Numbered from the stretch's first letter, positions 37,276 to 51,353 are shown. The stretch: 64,000 nt of DNA from Macrostomum hystrix (GCA_950097015.1 CATNEN010000038.1:27900001-27964000), one strand, 5' to 3'. Made by a program: numbers and translations. The notes: generated from the sequence alone by a model not told the origin.

Positions 37276-38946
37276 AATCAAGATCTGTTTTAATGATTAG
37301 AAAGAATTTCTGTGTCGTCCTTTCGACTATCCATCGAATTTGAATAATTCCATGAGTCCACTTTTTATTTGGGAAAAGTAATCTGATTTGTCTAGTCTCG
37401 ACCTTGGGAATCGCATGGCAGCTGAGCGTAGACTTATTATAAAAGATCTGATTATGGAAGGAAGGTTTAGGGAAAGTTCTAAAAATAGAAGCCAACTTTC
37501 GTTTGGCCAAGACTCGCGTGCTGAATAAAAAATATAGCCCGACTCCCACGCAGTAAATAAGAAAGAGTCTGATGAGATGGCGGGGTCTTTTGTACTCAAG
37601 TTGAGGCTACATGTAGCCGGAATATGTGGGGTTGAAAGAAGGCTCATTCATTTTTTTCTTCCTTTAATCTTGGGGGCCTCTTCAAGACTGAATGGTGAGT
37701 CTGAGAAAAAATGTATTTATGGAAAATTGCATTGATTGACTGATTGACTATTATTAGACCATTGTTGAATCGCTTTAGTTCATGCGGACTAAACTAAACT
37801 AACAATTAGTTGTGATCATCGTTCGATTATTTTTTTACCCAAATGAAATTCAAATAAAAGTAGTCAATGGATTTCAAATGAGAAAACTTCTCAAAACCTA
37901 CAGACTCCTTAATCTATGTATTGAAAAAATTGCACAATCATAATTCAATTGTATATTAATCAATTGTCTTTATTTTTTCTGTTTCAATAAAACAAATTTC
38001 GATTTGATTGGAATTTTGGATTAAAAAAACATTTTATTACTGGTAAAAAGCCATAAATTAGCGAGGCTAGAATGCCATGTTTCTAACGTAGAAATGTAGA
38101 ATAGTTTTGATCAAAAACACTTTTTTTTTAAACGATCATTTAAAAAAAGTAACGTTTTAATAAATTCGTAATTCCGATAACCATCCAAACAATTATGTTC
38201 GATCAACCGTTTCTTTTATTAAAAAAAGTAAATAGCTATATATAAAGTATTTAACGATCATCATGGCTTAAACTACCAAGTCTAAAATAATAAATAAAAA
38301 TAAATAGGACGAACATCGTCAAAGTTCTCAATTATTTTGATGCATGCCTGTCAGCCAACGTCAGTGTCACGCACGAAGGCGCATGATTCGCTTAGTGAGA
38401 ATTGATTACTGCACAATGATACCCATCCCACTTCAGGCACACTTTTTAATACTTTATAATAGTAATACGAAGATTATTTTAGTAATTTAGTAATTAGTAG
38501 GTTTATTTTAGTAACTGCTCTTTTTAGCATCCCATGCTGCTACTGCAGGGCTGCAGCAGGCCAGCAGCTACCTATCCTAACGTATGCTGCTTGCAGTTGA
38601 TTGAGTTAAACCCTCCCAATCTCATACTAGCGACTACATTCCAACAAGCATGTGAGAGTGCCCGGGAAAAGGCCTCGGTGTCTTAACACCCTTCCCAGTT
38701 CCCACACATACACACACTTTCCGAACCCCCCACGACTTTCTGGAAATTTCTCAGCTGGCATGAGTGAGGGGGTGGTTGTCGGGGTTTGCGCCATTGATCG
38801 GAAAAGCGCGTGACTCTCATTGGCTAATGTTGGGGGGTTGTGCCGTTCGGGGTTGTCCCGTTAGTGTACACTGACCCAGTCACTTCAGCACAGGAATGAT
38901 ATAGTGGATGATATAGTTTGGCCACTCCTAGTGCGTGCTTGTTGCG

Positions 38947-38954
38947 TATATAAA
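38947..38954 (+). promoter_or_regulatory. TATA box (TATATAAA) of TENT5 gene
   Basis: About 175 nt upstream of the ATG; ATTGG (reverse CCAAT) near 38819. Confidence 0.5.
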
Positions 38955-39125
38955 TAGAACCAGCCAAACCTGTCAGAATTTTAGGCCTTTTTCAACAGTC
39001 TTGTGCAATTATTTTATTTGATAAGCGAAAGATTTGAAACGAAATTAACTGATCATCGTCTTACAGCTCGCCTTGTTTTTGTTTTTCACGCAAGGCTGCC
39101 TACTTAGTAATTAGACAAATCAATT

Positions 39126-42100
39126 ATGACCTGCGAGACAGGCAAATACGAGGCTAACACCAAGGACATTGTGGACGCTGTGGACCAGACTTCTGGCACC
39201 CCAGCCAACAGCAGCGGCAACAATAGCCGCTACAATGTCCTATGCTACGAACAAGTGCTTCGCCTGCACGAGTTCATGGAGAAGGAGGTGACGATTCACG
39301 GACGGGGTCACTGCTGCCCCAGCGTCAAGCTGACTCTGCGCGACTTGGTCCAGCGGGTGTCTAAACAGCTGGAGACTAGCGGCATTGCGCTGCGGGACCT
39401 GCGGCTAAACGGTGGCGGAGCGACATTCATCATTGGTAAGCTGGATACGTGATAATGTTTGTCGCATAATAACTTCATACTACGCAGTTGAAGCATCAGT
39501 CGGGAATTAGATGGGAGGGCAGATGAGACACGGTAGAGATTAGGCAGAGGATAGATGAGACACGGGAGAGATTAGACAGAGGATAGATGAGACACGGGAG
39601 AGATTAGACAGAGGATAGATGAGACACGGGAGAGATTAGACAGAGGATATATGAGACACGGGAGAGATTAGATAGAGGATAGATGAGACACGGGAGAGAT
39701 TAGACAGAGGATAGATGAGACACGGGAGAGATTAGACAGAGGATAGATGAGACACGGCAGAGATGAAACACGGGAGAGATTAGACAGAGGATAGATGAGA
39801 CACGGCAGAGATGAAACACGGGAGAGATTAGACAGAGGAGAGATGAGATGAGACAGGGGAGAGATGAGATGAGACACGGCAGAGATGAAACACGAGAGAG
39901 ATTAGACAGAGGATAGATGAGACACGGCAGAGATGAAACACGGGAGAGATTAGACAGAGGAGACATGAGACAGAGGAGACATGAGACAGGGGAGACATGA
40001 GACAGGGGAGACATGAGACAGAGGAGACATGAGACAGGGGAGACACGAGACAGGGGAGACATGAGACAGAGGAGACATGAGACAGGGGAGACATGAGACA
40101 GAGGAGACATGAGACGGGAGAGATGAGATGAGACAGGGGAGAGATGAGACACAAGAGAGATGAGACACAAGAGAGATGAGACACGAGAGAGATTAGACAG
40201 GGGAGAGATGAGATGAGACAGGGCAGTTAAAAGTTTAGCTTCAGTTAAGTTAAGTTTAGTTCAGTTTAGCTCTAAAAGTTTAGTTGTTAAAGGATAAACC
40301 TCCAAGGCTTGTATTTATTGGAAAAGCTATTGGAAATGCTTCTTATTTATCTCTTATGATCAAGTTTACAAGTTTGTCGTTTCGTCTTGTTTTTCCATAT
40401 GCCTAGGTGACCTCTTCAATTCTACGATACAACAGCATTAAAGATAGTTCAAACATCTTAAATGTTTGTGTTATCTTATTCGCTGTTAAAAATGACAGGG
40501 TCAGGTCATAGGGCGTTGCACCTTCAATCAGAACAGAGTAAACACTAAATATTAGAATGTTTAACTTTGCAGTGTTTGTACGGCCCCTTAATATTCCAAA
40601 ATGTAAACAACTCTCAATTAAATGAATTACTGCGCTGCTGTCACACACGGCGTGTTTTACGCACGTTTTAAACATTCTTAGAGTCGATTGGTTATAATTG
40701 AATTTTAATTGCACTCGTGATCACTCTCGCCATGGCTAATTAACTCAATTTTAAGTGCGGCAGAACTTGTAATAGAATAATGTGCTTTCTTTAGAACTGG
40801 TAGGTCGAATCTATTTTTAGAACACTCTCGCAGGAGTGGGGTGGATGACTGCGAGGGTTCAGGGAGGCTTAGAAAATTGAGAACCCGATAGAGGAGTTAG
40901 CTGGGCCTAGTCTTACAAGCTTCGATGCCTAAAAGCCGGTAGCAGTGGGGCAGATCTGGAAAAGTCTATCCACCATGTTAGTGTTGAGATGATCTAAAAT
41001 TAGCCGATTCTATATCAACTCAAATGTACATCGGCTAACGTTGCTCTCATATGCGCCATCGCATTAGTAGTAGCAGTAGTATGGTAGGCATGGATTTGAG
41101 AATGGCGAGGATCGGCCCATGGCAGACTCCTTCGAGTCACGTGTTTGAGGTGGGTCGGCATGGCTGCTAGGATAAAGGGGAACAGTTTGGTCAAGCTCAG
41201 GCTCGGGAGTTGGTGTGTGAGTGGGCGAGACTCGACCAGTGAGAAGACTAGGGCATTTCTTTATTTGGAAAGTTTCAGCCACCCACTATGGGGGTACAGC
41301 CTTAACTCCTGAGCGTCTCTCTCCCCCTGACCAACCATTTTCCAGGAAAGGAAAGGAAGCAAGAGTGGTTGATTTAAATGAGTTCGTGCATTGTAGAGGA
41401 GGAAGAGCAGTTTTTTACTGACGAAAGATTTTTGTGATTTGGGAGGTTTCCCCGATTCCCCAATATCCCGTGCTCTCCTGTACACCCGCCCACGCAATTT
41501 CGAGACTGCGAGTGCAGAGCAGAGGCAGTGGCGGGGGTGAGTCTCAGGAAATGGCCGGGGAAAGCAGACGGAGTGAAGGGAAAAATGGCCGGGAGGCAAG
41601 AGAGAACCTGAGCACATGCAGAAATCTTTCACAGTGTTTGAGCTGGATGAAAGTCTAGAAGGAAAAGGCTAAGCCACTCAGTCCTCAGCTAGCTCCCGTT
41701 AGCTCCCATTCCCATCCGCAGTGCTCGCTATCATCGCTCCCCTCTTGGCCTCCTCATGTGAGTCCAAGTCATGTGATCCTCGGCCGATGCCAGCTGCTAA
41801 ACTAGCCCCTCTGTTTTAAAAAATCTAATAATAAACATACCATCAGTCCGAACAGCTATCTTGCTTGACTGAGATTGAGGGCTCAAGAACGTAAAATGGA
41901 GAGAAAACTATTGCCTTATTGTCACTTAGGATAATTTTTCAGAAAGCAAATGAAAGCCTTTTTAATAAATGAAATTAACTGTTTTAACCGGCGTTTTAAG
42001 AATTCGCACCGCTCATTCTCATTTGTATCACCGCTGTAGATAAGCCAAACCTCCACAATGTCTCATTTGTATCACCGCTGTAGATATGCCAAACCTCCAC

Positions 42101-45100
42101 AATGTCTCATTTGTATCACCGCTGTAGATAAGCCAACCCTCCTCCACAATGTCTCATTTGTATCACCGCTGTAGATAAGCCAAACCTCCTCCACAATGTC
42201 TCATTTGGGACTTCGTGCCGCTGTAGATAAGCCAACCCTCCTCCACAATGTCTCATTTGGATCACCGCTGTAGATAAGCCAAACCTCCTCCACAATGTCT
42301 CATTTGTATCACCGCTGTAGATAAGCCAAACCTCCTCCACAATGTCTCATTTGAGACTTCGTGCCGCTGTAGATAAGCCAACCCTCCTCCACAATGTCTC
42401 ATTTGGATCACCGCTGTAGATAACTTAATCCTCCTCTACAATGTCTCAGCAGCTTTCATAGCAATTTTAAGACTTCTATTTAGTTTCACAGATGGGTGGT
42501 CTTTGCAACAAAAAAATGGAAATTTCCAGACCAAAAACAAAGATCTGACCAGAGAACCATTCGGCATTGCGGCAAGGGGCAAGGAATTGTTAGGCGTTAA
42601 GTAGACGTTATGGGCTTTGGCACACGGGTACAGTACTCAGTTAAACGAGTCAGAAAATCTGAAATACAAAATCGATTGCAAATCGCAGGGATGTGGGACT
42701 TGCGGATCCCACAAACTGTTTAAACAAAAATATAATTCTTGCCAATGCAAGCAATCTGTAACCAGTTTTGAGTTCCACATAGCAACCATTAATGCACTGC
42801 CTGGTCCATGAAACACAATGATCGCAGAGCTAACCGTTCCTTTCTTTATTGCTATGGGGTTTTAAAAAAACTGAGCACTTTACTTCCGTTCTGCCACTAC
42901 AGCCCTTCTAGTTAATGGCTCTATAGCAATTTGAGAAAAACAGAATAGCCATTGCAAGAACTGTGAATAGAAAATACTAGACATTCCAAGAATTGTGAAT
43001 GGAATAGACTCGACATTCCAAGAACTGTGAATGGAATAGACTAGACATTCCAAGAATTGTGAATGGAATAGACTCGACATTCCAAGAACTGTGAATGGAA
43101 TAGACTCGACATTCCAAGAACTGTGAATGAAATAGACTAGACATTCCAAGAACTGTGAATGGAATAGACTAGACATTCCAAGAATTGTGAATGGAATAGA
43201 CTCGACATTCCAAGAATTGTGAATGGAATAGACTCGACATTCCAAGAACTGTGAATGGAATAGACTAGACATTCCAAGAACTGTGAATGGAATAGACTAG
43301 ACATTCCAAGAACTGTGAATGAAATAGACTCGACATTCCAAGAACTGTGAATGGAATAGACTAGACATTCCAAGAACTGTGAATGGAATAGACTACACAT
43401 TCCAAGAACTGTGAATGGAATAGACTAGACATTCCAAGAACTGTGAATGGAATAGACTATACACATTCCAAGAACTGTGAATGGAATAGACTAGACATTC
43501 CAAGAACTGTGAATGGAATAGACTATACACATTCCAAGAACTGTGAATGGAATATGCTAGTCATTCCAAGAATTGTGAATGGAATAGACTCGACATTCCA
43601 AGAACTGTGAATGGAATAGACTAGACATTCCAAGAATTGTGAATGGAATAGACTCGACATTCCAAGAACTGTGAATGGAATAGACTCGACATTCCAAGAA
43701 CTGTAAATAGAATATACTAGTCATTCCAAGAATTGTGAATGGAATATACTAGTCATTCCAAGAAATGTGAATGCAATAGACTAGACATTCCAAGAACTGT
43801 GAATGGAATAGACTCGGCATTCCAAGAAATGTGAATTCAATATACTGTTCAGCGCATTTTGTGTTATGGTCATAAATTTTCTCTGCATTGTCTTGTCAAG
43901 AAAGGGTTATTGATAATTCACAGCTGCGGTGTTTCTCAAAGGTGGGGCGTTAGTCAGTCTAGGCTCATTCACAAGCAGGTGGGCCGCAACACTCGCACTT
44001 GAATAGCAGATAAATATTCATATTTTTTCTTTTTTATCTATCAGGAATAACAAAAAGGTCTTTCCCACAAAATACCTTAACTGCTTAGCTTTATTATAGT
44101 GGAGCAAAATAAACTTAATTGAATGCACTTTTTGGCTTTGGGAATTCGTGTACTATTGTTTTTTCTTACCAGTTATTTGCGTTATCAAGAATCTAGGTTT
44201 GGAATCTGATTTTGGGAGTCGTTACTTCTTGGCTTGGGATTCGTTTTTTCATCTAAGCTTGGGGTCATAATTTGGGTTCTAGTTTTGGGATCTAACGTTT
44301 AGGATCTAGATTATGTATGGGATCTAATGATTGGGATGTAGATTTGTGATCTAGGCTTGTGATATAGGTTTGGGATCATTTTTTCTTGTCTTGGACTCAA
44401 GGATCTAGATTTAGGATCTAGTTTTGTGATAAAATGTTTGGGATATAGATATGGGATATTAGGTATGGGATCTGATGTTTGGGATCTTGATATAGGGTAT
44501 TATGTTTGGGATCTAGATATGGGATATTAGGTATGGGATCTAGATATGGGATATTAGGTATGGGATCTAGATATGGGATATTAGGTATGGGATCTAGATA
44601 TGGGATATTAGGTATGGGGTCTGATGTTTGGGATCTTGATATAGGGTAATATATATGGGATCTTGATATGGGATATTAGGAATGGGATCTAGATATGGGA
44701 TATTACGTATGGGATCTGATGTTTGGGATCTTAATATAGGGTATTATGTTTGGGATCTAGATATGGGATATTAGGTATGGGATCTAGATATGGGATATTA
44801 GGTATGGGATCTAGATATGGGATATTACGTATGGGATCTAATGTTGGGGATCTAGGTATGGGATCTAATTTTCGGGATCTGGATCTGTGAAATTATGTTT
44901 GTGATCTAGATTAGGTAGATATATTTTTATCTATGCTTTAGAAACAATTTTTCTAGCCTTGTGGTCTAATCTATGAGGACTAGACGTGGGATCTACGTTT
45001 TTGTCTAGATTAGGGATTTAGGTTAGTAATAATATGACTTTTTCGTTTAAAAAATCCATTGTCGGTAATCAAATCTTGGATGTTTGCAAGTGAATAAAGC

Positions 45101-45314
45101 TAGAGAATGTGTTATCTCCAAAGCCAATCACGAGAGTTCTGTTCCTCCCCTTTGCCAAGGCATGGACTCAGTGCACACCTACAATGATCTCGACCTGCTA
45201 TTCGGCGTTGATCTCAGCGCCCCCGGCACTGTTGATGAGATCAAGCGAGTTGTGCTAGACTGCCTGCGATCATTTCTACCTGAAGGATCTCCGGCTGTGA
45301 CATTCCCGGCTGTT

Positions 45315-45346
<32 letters not shown>

Positions 45347-46911
45347 ACCAGTGCGACGTCGCCAATACTCTTCAGGCGGTCGGCACGCCATGTCGGATCC
45401 AATCGATGGCTACGTGCGCAAGCTGGTTCGAATCCAGAACACGGATAGTTGGTACCTGATCAGCCTGGGCGACTCCGCCGCTCACCAGCCAGACGGTGTC
45501 ACAGTAGAACTAAAATTTGTCGACCGGATGCGACGCAAATTTGAGTTCACAGTCGACAGCTTCCAGATCATCTTGGACTCGCTGTTGACCTTCTATAGGC
45601 TGCAGCCTCAGCCTACGGCCATCACGGAGCATTTCTACCCGACTGTCATCGCCGAATCTGTCAGCGGCAACTTCGCCGAAGCCTACGCCCACTTAGTCAG
45701 GAAGGAGATCAGCACCAGAAATCCGGAGGAGATACGCGGCGGCGGCCTGTTGAAGTACTGCAAGCTGCTGGTTGACGGCTACCTACCGGCTAGCGACCTG
45801 AATGTTGACAATCTCGAAAAGTACATGTGCTCAAGATTCTTCATCGATTTTCCTGACCTGCGCAAGCAGCGGGCCAAGATTGAGTCCTATCTGACTTCGC
45901 ACTTCCCGTCCGACAAGGATCTAGAGCTTAGAGCGCAGTATCTGCAGGTGAGTCGCACCTGAGGCTGAGAATCGAACTCCGGACCTCTTGATATGTAAAA
46001 ATACTACTTATAACACAAATAATTGATTGTAATAATTATTGATCACACCTGCCCCAATCGGGCCAGATGTGCAACTTACGCTATTGCTCGACGCATCTGA
46101 AAGCTGCGTACTGCTGTTCAGTCCATGGACTGAGAGGGGACGCCACACCCACACATAATTACCCCTCCAGCCAATGCAAGTATCCATTTAACAGCTAGGT
46201 GAACTGAACCAATGCATATTTAAGTGTCTTGCTAAAAGAGAGGAATCGAACCCTCGACCTTTAAGTCGTGAGTCCGACGCTCTAACCACTAGGCTGCAAA
46301 TTTCTGTACAATACTACTCAATTCGTTATTATGAGTAGGGTAGAGAGTTATTTTGGGATTTAAAGTCCAGGGATTCTCAGTTTGATAACTACAATAAAAA
46401 GCGAAAACTTAAAGAAAAAATCAAAGGACTCTTGGTTTTGTTAAACTTTAGATTGCTATTTAAAAAAGTGAATCTACCCATTTAAACGCAGGTACTTCAC
46501 GTTGTTGTGAAGAGTTCGACCGTCTGCCTGATGCAACAGGAGCGCCGAAGTACATTGTATCTTATATCGGATCTGTTAGGCGAAATCTGGCTACAAATTG
46601 AAGCTCGCAACAATGTAATCGCTCTCGAACCGTTCAACAATGAGAACTGGGTACTGGACCAGGTGTTCTATGGTACGCAATATTTTCCAACCCACCTTGC
46701 CGCTGCGCATCGTCTGACCTTGCCATCGACAATGTCAGGCTTCGGGTCTGATGAGCCGCATCAGCTGCTGCATGGCTACAGTTGCATTGTGTCCACCAGC
46801 TATGGTCACGTGACCTATCCGTCTGGTTCGACCACTCCGATTGCTTCGTCTGCAGCTTCCCTGTCGCCGCCGCTGCCGCAGCAGCAGCTGGTGGATTGTG
46901 CCCAGCCCTGA
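39126..46911 (+). CDS. TENT5: Terminal nucleotidyltransferase 5 (FAM46 family non-canonical poly(A) polymerase), ~505 aa, 3 exons
   Basis: Exons 39126-39435, 45160-45947, 46492-46911 (phases 1 and 0; 1518 nt). Motifs IHGRG, RLNGG, YNDLDLLF, VELKFVD.MRRKFEFTVDSFQIILDSLL, PEEIRGGGLLKYC, YMCSRFFIDFPD, STVCLM..ERR.TL. Confidence 0.95.
39520..40222 (+). repeat. Minisatellite family GAGATGAGACACGGGA / GAGACATGAGACAGGG
   Basis: Same family as 10708-11360; degenerate copy at ~36050-36130. Confidence 0.9.
42015..42450. repeat. 44-48-bp minisatellite (TCTCATTTGTATCACCGCTGTAGATAAGCCAAACCTCCTCCACAATG)
   Basis: About 9 copies. Confidence 0.9.
42950..43850. repeat. 32-bp minisatellite (CATTCCAAGAACTGTGAATGGAATAGACTAGA)
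   Basis: About 28 copies; internal inverted ATTCCA/TGGAAT. Confidence 0.95.
44270..44900. repeat. ~27-bp degenerate minisatellite (GGGATCTAGATATGGGATATTAGGTAT)
   Basis: Homogeneous core 44430-44870 with decayed flanks. Confidence 0.85.
46025..46297 (-). mobile_element. tRNA-derived SINE in TENT5 intron 2
   Basis: Minus strand: AGCCTAGTGGTTAGAGCG (A box), GGTTCGATTCC (B box), then GCAAGACACTTAA and CACCTAGCTGTTAAATGGATAC resembling conserved SINE central domains; AT-rich tail. Confidence 0.75.
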
Positions 46912-47089
46912 ACAAGGTTCAGGTTGCTGGCCTGTGATGTCTAGTTGATTAATTGTTTAAATACCACAACTTTATTATCGTTGATGTTGTAGCGGTTCGA
47001 CATTCTACAATATGGAATTGTTTATTGATTCTGTTTGCCTAATTTTATTGTCACTTTCTAAACCGATTTTCAGAATTTAGATTTCACAT

Positions 47090-47860
47090 AGTTCCGAAAA
47101 TTCGGGAAATTTCGGATTTTTATTCAGGGTTAAAATTTCTAAAATTCGACACTTTAATCATCCCGAAAATTCGTGATGGAGTTTCCGAAAATTCGTGATG
47201 TAGTTTCCGAAAATTCGTGATGTAGATCCCGAAAATTCATGATGCAGATTCCGAAAATTCGTGATGTAGTTTCCGAAAATTCGTGATGTTGATTCCGGAA
47301 ATTCGTGATGTAGATTCCGGAAATTCGTGATGTAGATTCCGGAAATTCGTAATGTAGATTCCGAAAATTCGTGATGTAGATTCCGAAAATTCGTGTGGTA
47401 GATTCCGGAAAATCGTGTGGTAGATTCCGGAAAATCGTGTGGTAGATTCCGGAAAATCGTATTGTAGATCCCGAAAATTCGTGATGTAGATTCTGAAAAT
47501 TCGTGGTGTAGATTCCGAAAATTCGTGATGTAGATTCCGAAAATTCGTGATGTAGTTTCCGAAAATTCGTTATGTAGATTCCGGAAATTCGTGATGTAGA
47601 TTCCGGAAATTCATGATGTAGTTTCCGAAAATTCGTGATGTAGATTCCGAAAATTCGTGATGTAGATTCCGAAAATTCGTGATGTAGATTCCGAAAATTC
47701 GTGATGTAGATTCCGAAAATTCGTGTGGTAGATTCCGGAAAATCGTGTGGTAGATTCCGGAAAATCGTATTGTAGATCCCGAAAATTCGTGGTGTAGATT
47801 CCGAAAATTCGTGATGTAGTTTCCGGAAATTCTCTATTTCCTTGTTGTTTCGGAAATTTG
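47090..47860. repeat. 22-bp minisatellite (TTCCGAAAATTCGTGATGTAGA)
   Basis: About 30 copies just 3' of the TENT5 stop. Confidence 0.95.
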
Positions 47861-48389
47861 GGATTTCAAATCTCAAAAAGTTGTGATTTAGATCTGAAAA
47901 GTGCCTGATTTAAAATTTGAAAAGAACTTTTGTTTAAAATTAAGATTAATATTTTGTCCAATATTCATATACTTTTATGCTTCGGTGCAGATGCAATACG
48001 ATATCAGTGTAACTTCTGTGTGACATTTGTTGCATTACATTTCAGAGGCTTCCCCCACTGTACATCTGCGAAACTATTGTGTACATAAGGACAGCAAAAT
48101 GATCACTGTATTATTCCGGTGTTTATAAAGTTTATTGTATTTTTTGTTTTGTTTTGTTTTATAATCACTCATTAGTTTTTTTTCCAATGCCCCTACATAT
48201 GTGGCTTGGGTGTGTTCTAGATGTTAAAAGTTTTCGCTTAGTTTTTGTGTTGTCAACATTAACACGGCGCCATTCGTTGATGCGATTGTCTAGAAATTAT
48301 TTTTACACAATACTATTTTTATAATCGACTTTTTCTCTCATTCTGTACTCTATCGCATAATTTTGATTCGATGCACTTTTGGATCTCTA

Positions 48390-49090
48390 CGAAGAGGAGA
48401 GGAGAGGACCGGAGAGGAGAGGAGAAGAGAAGAGAGTAGAGGAGAAGAGAGGAGAGGAGAAGAGATGAGAAGAGAGGAGAAGAGAGGAGAGGAGAGGAGA
48501 GGAGAGTAGAGTAGAGTAGAGGAGAGGAGAAGAGAAGAGAAGAGAGGAGAGTAGAGGAGAAGATAGTAGAGAAGAAGAGAGTAGAGGAGAGGAGAGTAGA
48601 GTAGAGGAGAGGAGAGGAGAAGAGAGGAGAGTAGAGGAGAAGATAGTAGAGGAGAAGAGAGGAGAGTAGAGGAGAAGATAGTAGAGGAGAAGAGAGGAGA
48701 GTAGAGGAGAAGATAGTAGAGGAGAAGAGAGGAGAGTAGAGGAGAAGATAGTAGAGGAGAAGAGAGGAGAGTAGAGGAGAAGATAGTAGAGGAGAAGAGA
48801 GGAGAGTAGAGGAGAAGATAGTAGAGGAGAAGAGAGGAGAGTAGAGGAGAAGATAGTAGAGGAGAAGAGAGGAGAGTAGAGGAGAAGATAGTAGAGAAGA
48901 AGAGAGTAGAGGAGAGGAGAGGAGAGTAGAGGAGAAGATAGTAGAGAAGAAGAGAGTAGAGGAGAGGAGAGGAGAGTAGAGGAGAGGAGAGGAGAAGAGA
49001 GGAGAGTAGAGGAGAAGATAGTAGAAGAGAGGAGAGGATAGGACAGGACACTGCATGCAGGATGGGAGAGGAAAGGAGGTAGAGAAGAAT
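48390..49090. repeat. Polypurine (AGAGG)n-derived satellite
   Basis: Almost pure A/G tract; source of L/S/P/Y pseudo-ORFs. Confidence 0.95.
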
Positions 49091-49711
49091 AAGGCATGGC
49101 AAAATAAGTGTTTACCTAGTCGCGCCAGTAATTACGAGCACTCGTAAGAAATATGTCTGCAATCAACACCAAAGCCATTTGAAAGTCTACTACTCCATTC
49201 GCTACTTTTCTTTTGAGTATAATTATTCCACTATTTTCATCGTTTGACTAGGCTGTTATTTGTCCTCCATGTAAAACAGACCTGATCTATCGCTAAATTT
49301 GCTAGCATAGCTGCCAAGCTTAAGTGCGAAGTGTCACTCAATCTGCCTCATTCCTAGAAAATCTTACACTGATATTGTACGTAAGCCTATATCGTATGTG
49401 CAACTGTACTCGTGCGTTCATTCTAATAATTGTGTTAAAAAATAGTTTAAAGCATGCCACCGTTCCATCTGGTCGTTTAAACTATATTATTGTGTCTTTC
49501 GTGCTGTCTCCAGTTGGTTTTAATCTACAATTTAATTTGTTTTGTTTTTTTCAGCCTCTTTTAAAACTATCATTGATTTGCGTATTATCTCATTGATTTT
49601 CGGCCATGCACTCACTTTGCATTCAATTTTGGTTCTGTCTGTGTATTTTATGGCACAGAGTGTAAAAGTTTATATTATTTCTGCATTTCTAACGCCCATT
49701 TTTGTGTGTAA

Positions 49712-51353
49712 ACACAGTGTCTAACATGTTCTAGAGCACAGTGTCTAACATGATCTAGAACACTGTGTCTAACATGTTCTAGAACACTGTGTCTAACATG
49801 TTCTAGAAAACTGTGTCTAACATGATCTAGAACACATTGTCTAACATGTTCTAGAAAACTGTGTCTAACATGATCTAGAACGCAGTGTCTAACATGTTCT
49901 AGAACACAGTGTCTAACATGTTCTAGAAAATTGTTTCTAACATGTTCTAGAACACAGTGTCTAACATAATCTAGAAAACTGTGTCTAACATGTTCTAGAA
50001 AATTGTGTCTAACATGTTCTAGAAAATTGTGTCTAACATGTTCTAGAAAATTGTGTCTAACATGTTCTAGAACACAGTGTCTAACATGTTCTAGAATACA
50101 GTGTCTAACATGATCTAGAACACAGTGTCTAACATGATCTAGAACACAGTGTCTAACATGTTCTAGAACACAGTGTCTAACATGTTCTAGAAAATTGTGT
50201 CTAACATGTTCTAGAAAATTGTGTCTAACATGTTCTAGAACACAGTGTCTAACATGTTCTAGAAAATTGTGTCTAACATGTTCTAGAAAATTGTGTCTAA
50301 CATGTTCTAGAAAATTGTGTCTAACATGTTCTAGAAAATTGTGTCTAACATGTTCTAGAAAATTGTGTCTAACATGTTCTAGAAAATTGTGTCTAACATG
50401 TTCTAGAAAATTGTGTCTAACATGTTCTAGAACACAGTGTCTAACATGTTCTAGAAAACGGTGTCTAACATGTTCTAGAAAATTGTGTCTAACATGTTCT
50501 AGAACACAGTGTCTAACATGTTCTAGAAAACGGTGTCTAACATGTTCTAGAACACAGTGTCTAACATGTTCTAGAAAACTGTGTCTAACATGATCTAGAA
50601 CGCAGTGTCTAAAATGTTCTAGAACACAGTGTCTAACATGTTCTAGAAAATTGTTTCTAACATGTTCTAGAAAATTGTGTCTAACATGTTCTAGAAAATT
50701 GTGTCTAACATGTTCTAGAACACAGTGTCTAACATGTTCTAGAAAACGGTGTCTAACATGTTCTAGAACACAGTGTCTAACATGTTCTAGAAAACTGTGT
50801 CTAACATGATCTAGAACGCAGTGTCTAACATGTTCTAGAACACAGTGTCTAACATGTTCTAGAAAATTGTTTCTAACATGTTCTAGAACACAGTGTCTAA
50901 CATAATCTAGAAAACTGTGTCTAACATGTTCTAGAAAATTGTGTCTAACATGTTCTAGAAAATTGTGTCTAACATGTTCTAGAAAATTGTGTCTAACATG
51001 TTCTAGAATACAGTGTCTAACATGATCTAGAACACAGTGTCTAACATGATCTAGAACACAGTGTCTAACATGTTCTAGAACACAGTGTCTAACATGTTCT
51101 AGAAAATTGTGTCTAACATGTTCTAGAAAATTGTGTCTAACATGTTCTAGAACACAGTGTCTAACATGTTCTAGAAAATTGTGTCTAACATGTTCTAGAA
51201 AATTGTGTCTAACATGTTCTAGAAAATTGTGTCTAACATGTTCTAGAACACAGTGTCTAACATGTTCTAGAAAATTGTGTCTAACATGTTCTAGAACACA
51301 GTGTCTAACATGTTCTAGAAAATTGTGTCTAACATGTTCTAGAACACAGTGTC
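49712..51353. repeat. 24-bp minisatellite (CTAACATGTTCTAGAAAATTGTGT), ~68 copies
   Basis: Tandem copies; unit contains overlapping palindromes AACATGTT and TTCTAGAA. Confidence 0.97.

Noticed and set aside
37565-37640. CTGATGAG as a hammerhead ribozyme core
   Set aside because: No stem II followed by GAAA at a suitable distance
40768-41895. Possible solo LTR (GC-richer block with AATAAA near its end)
   Set aside because: Could not identify TG...CA ends with a matching TSD or a PBS
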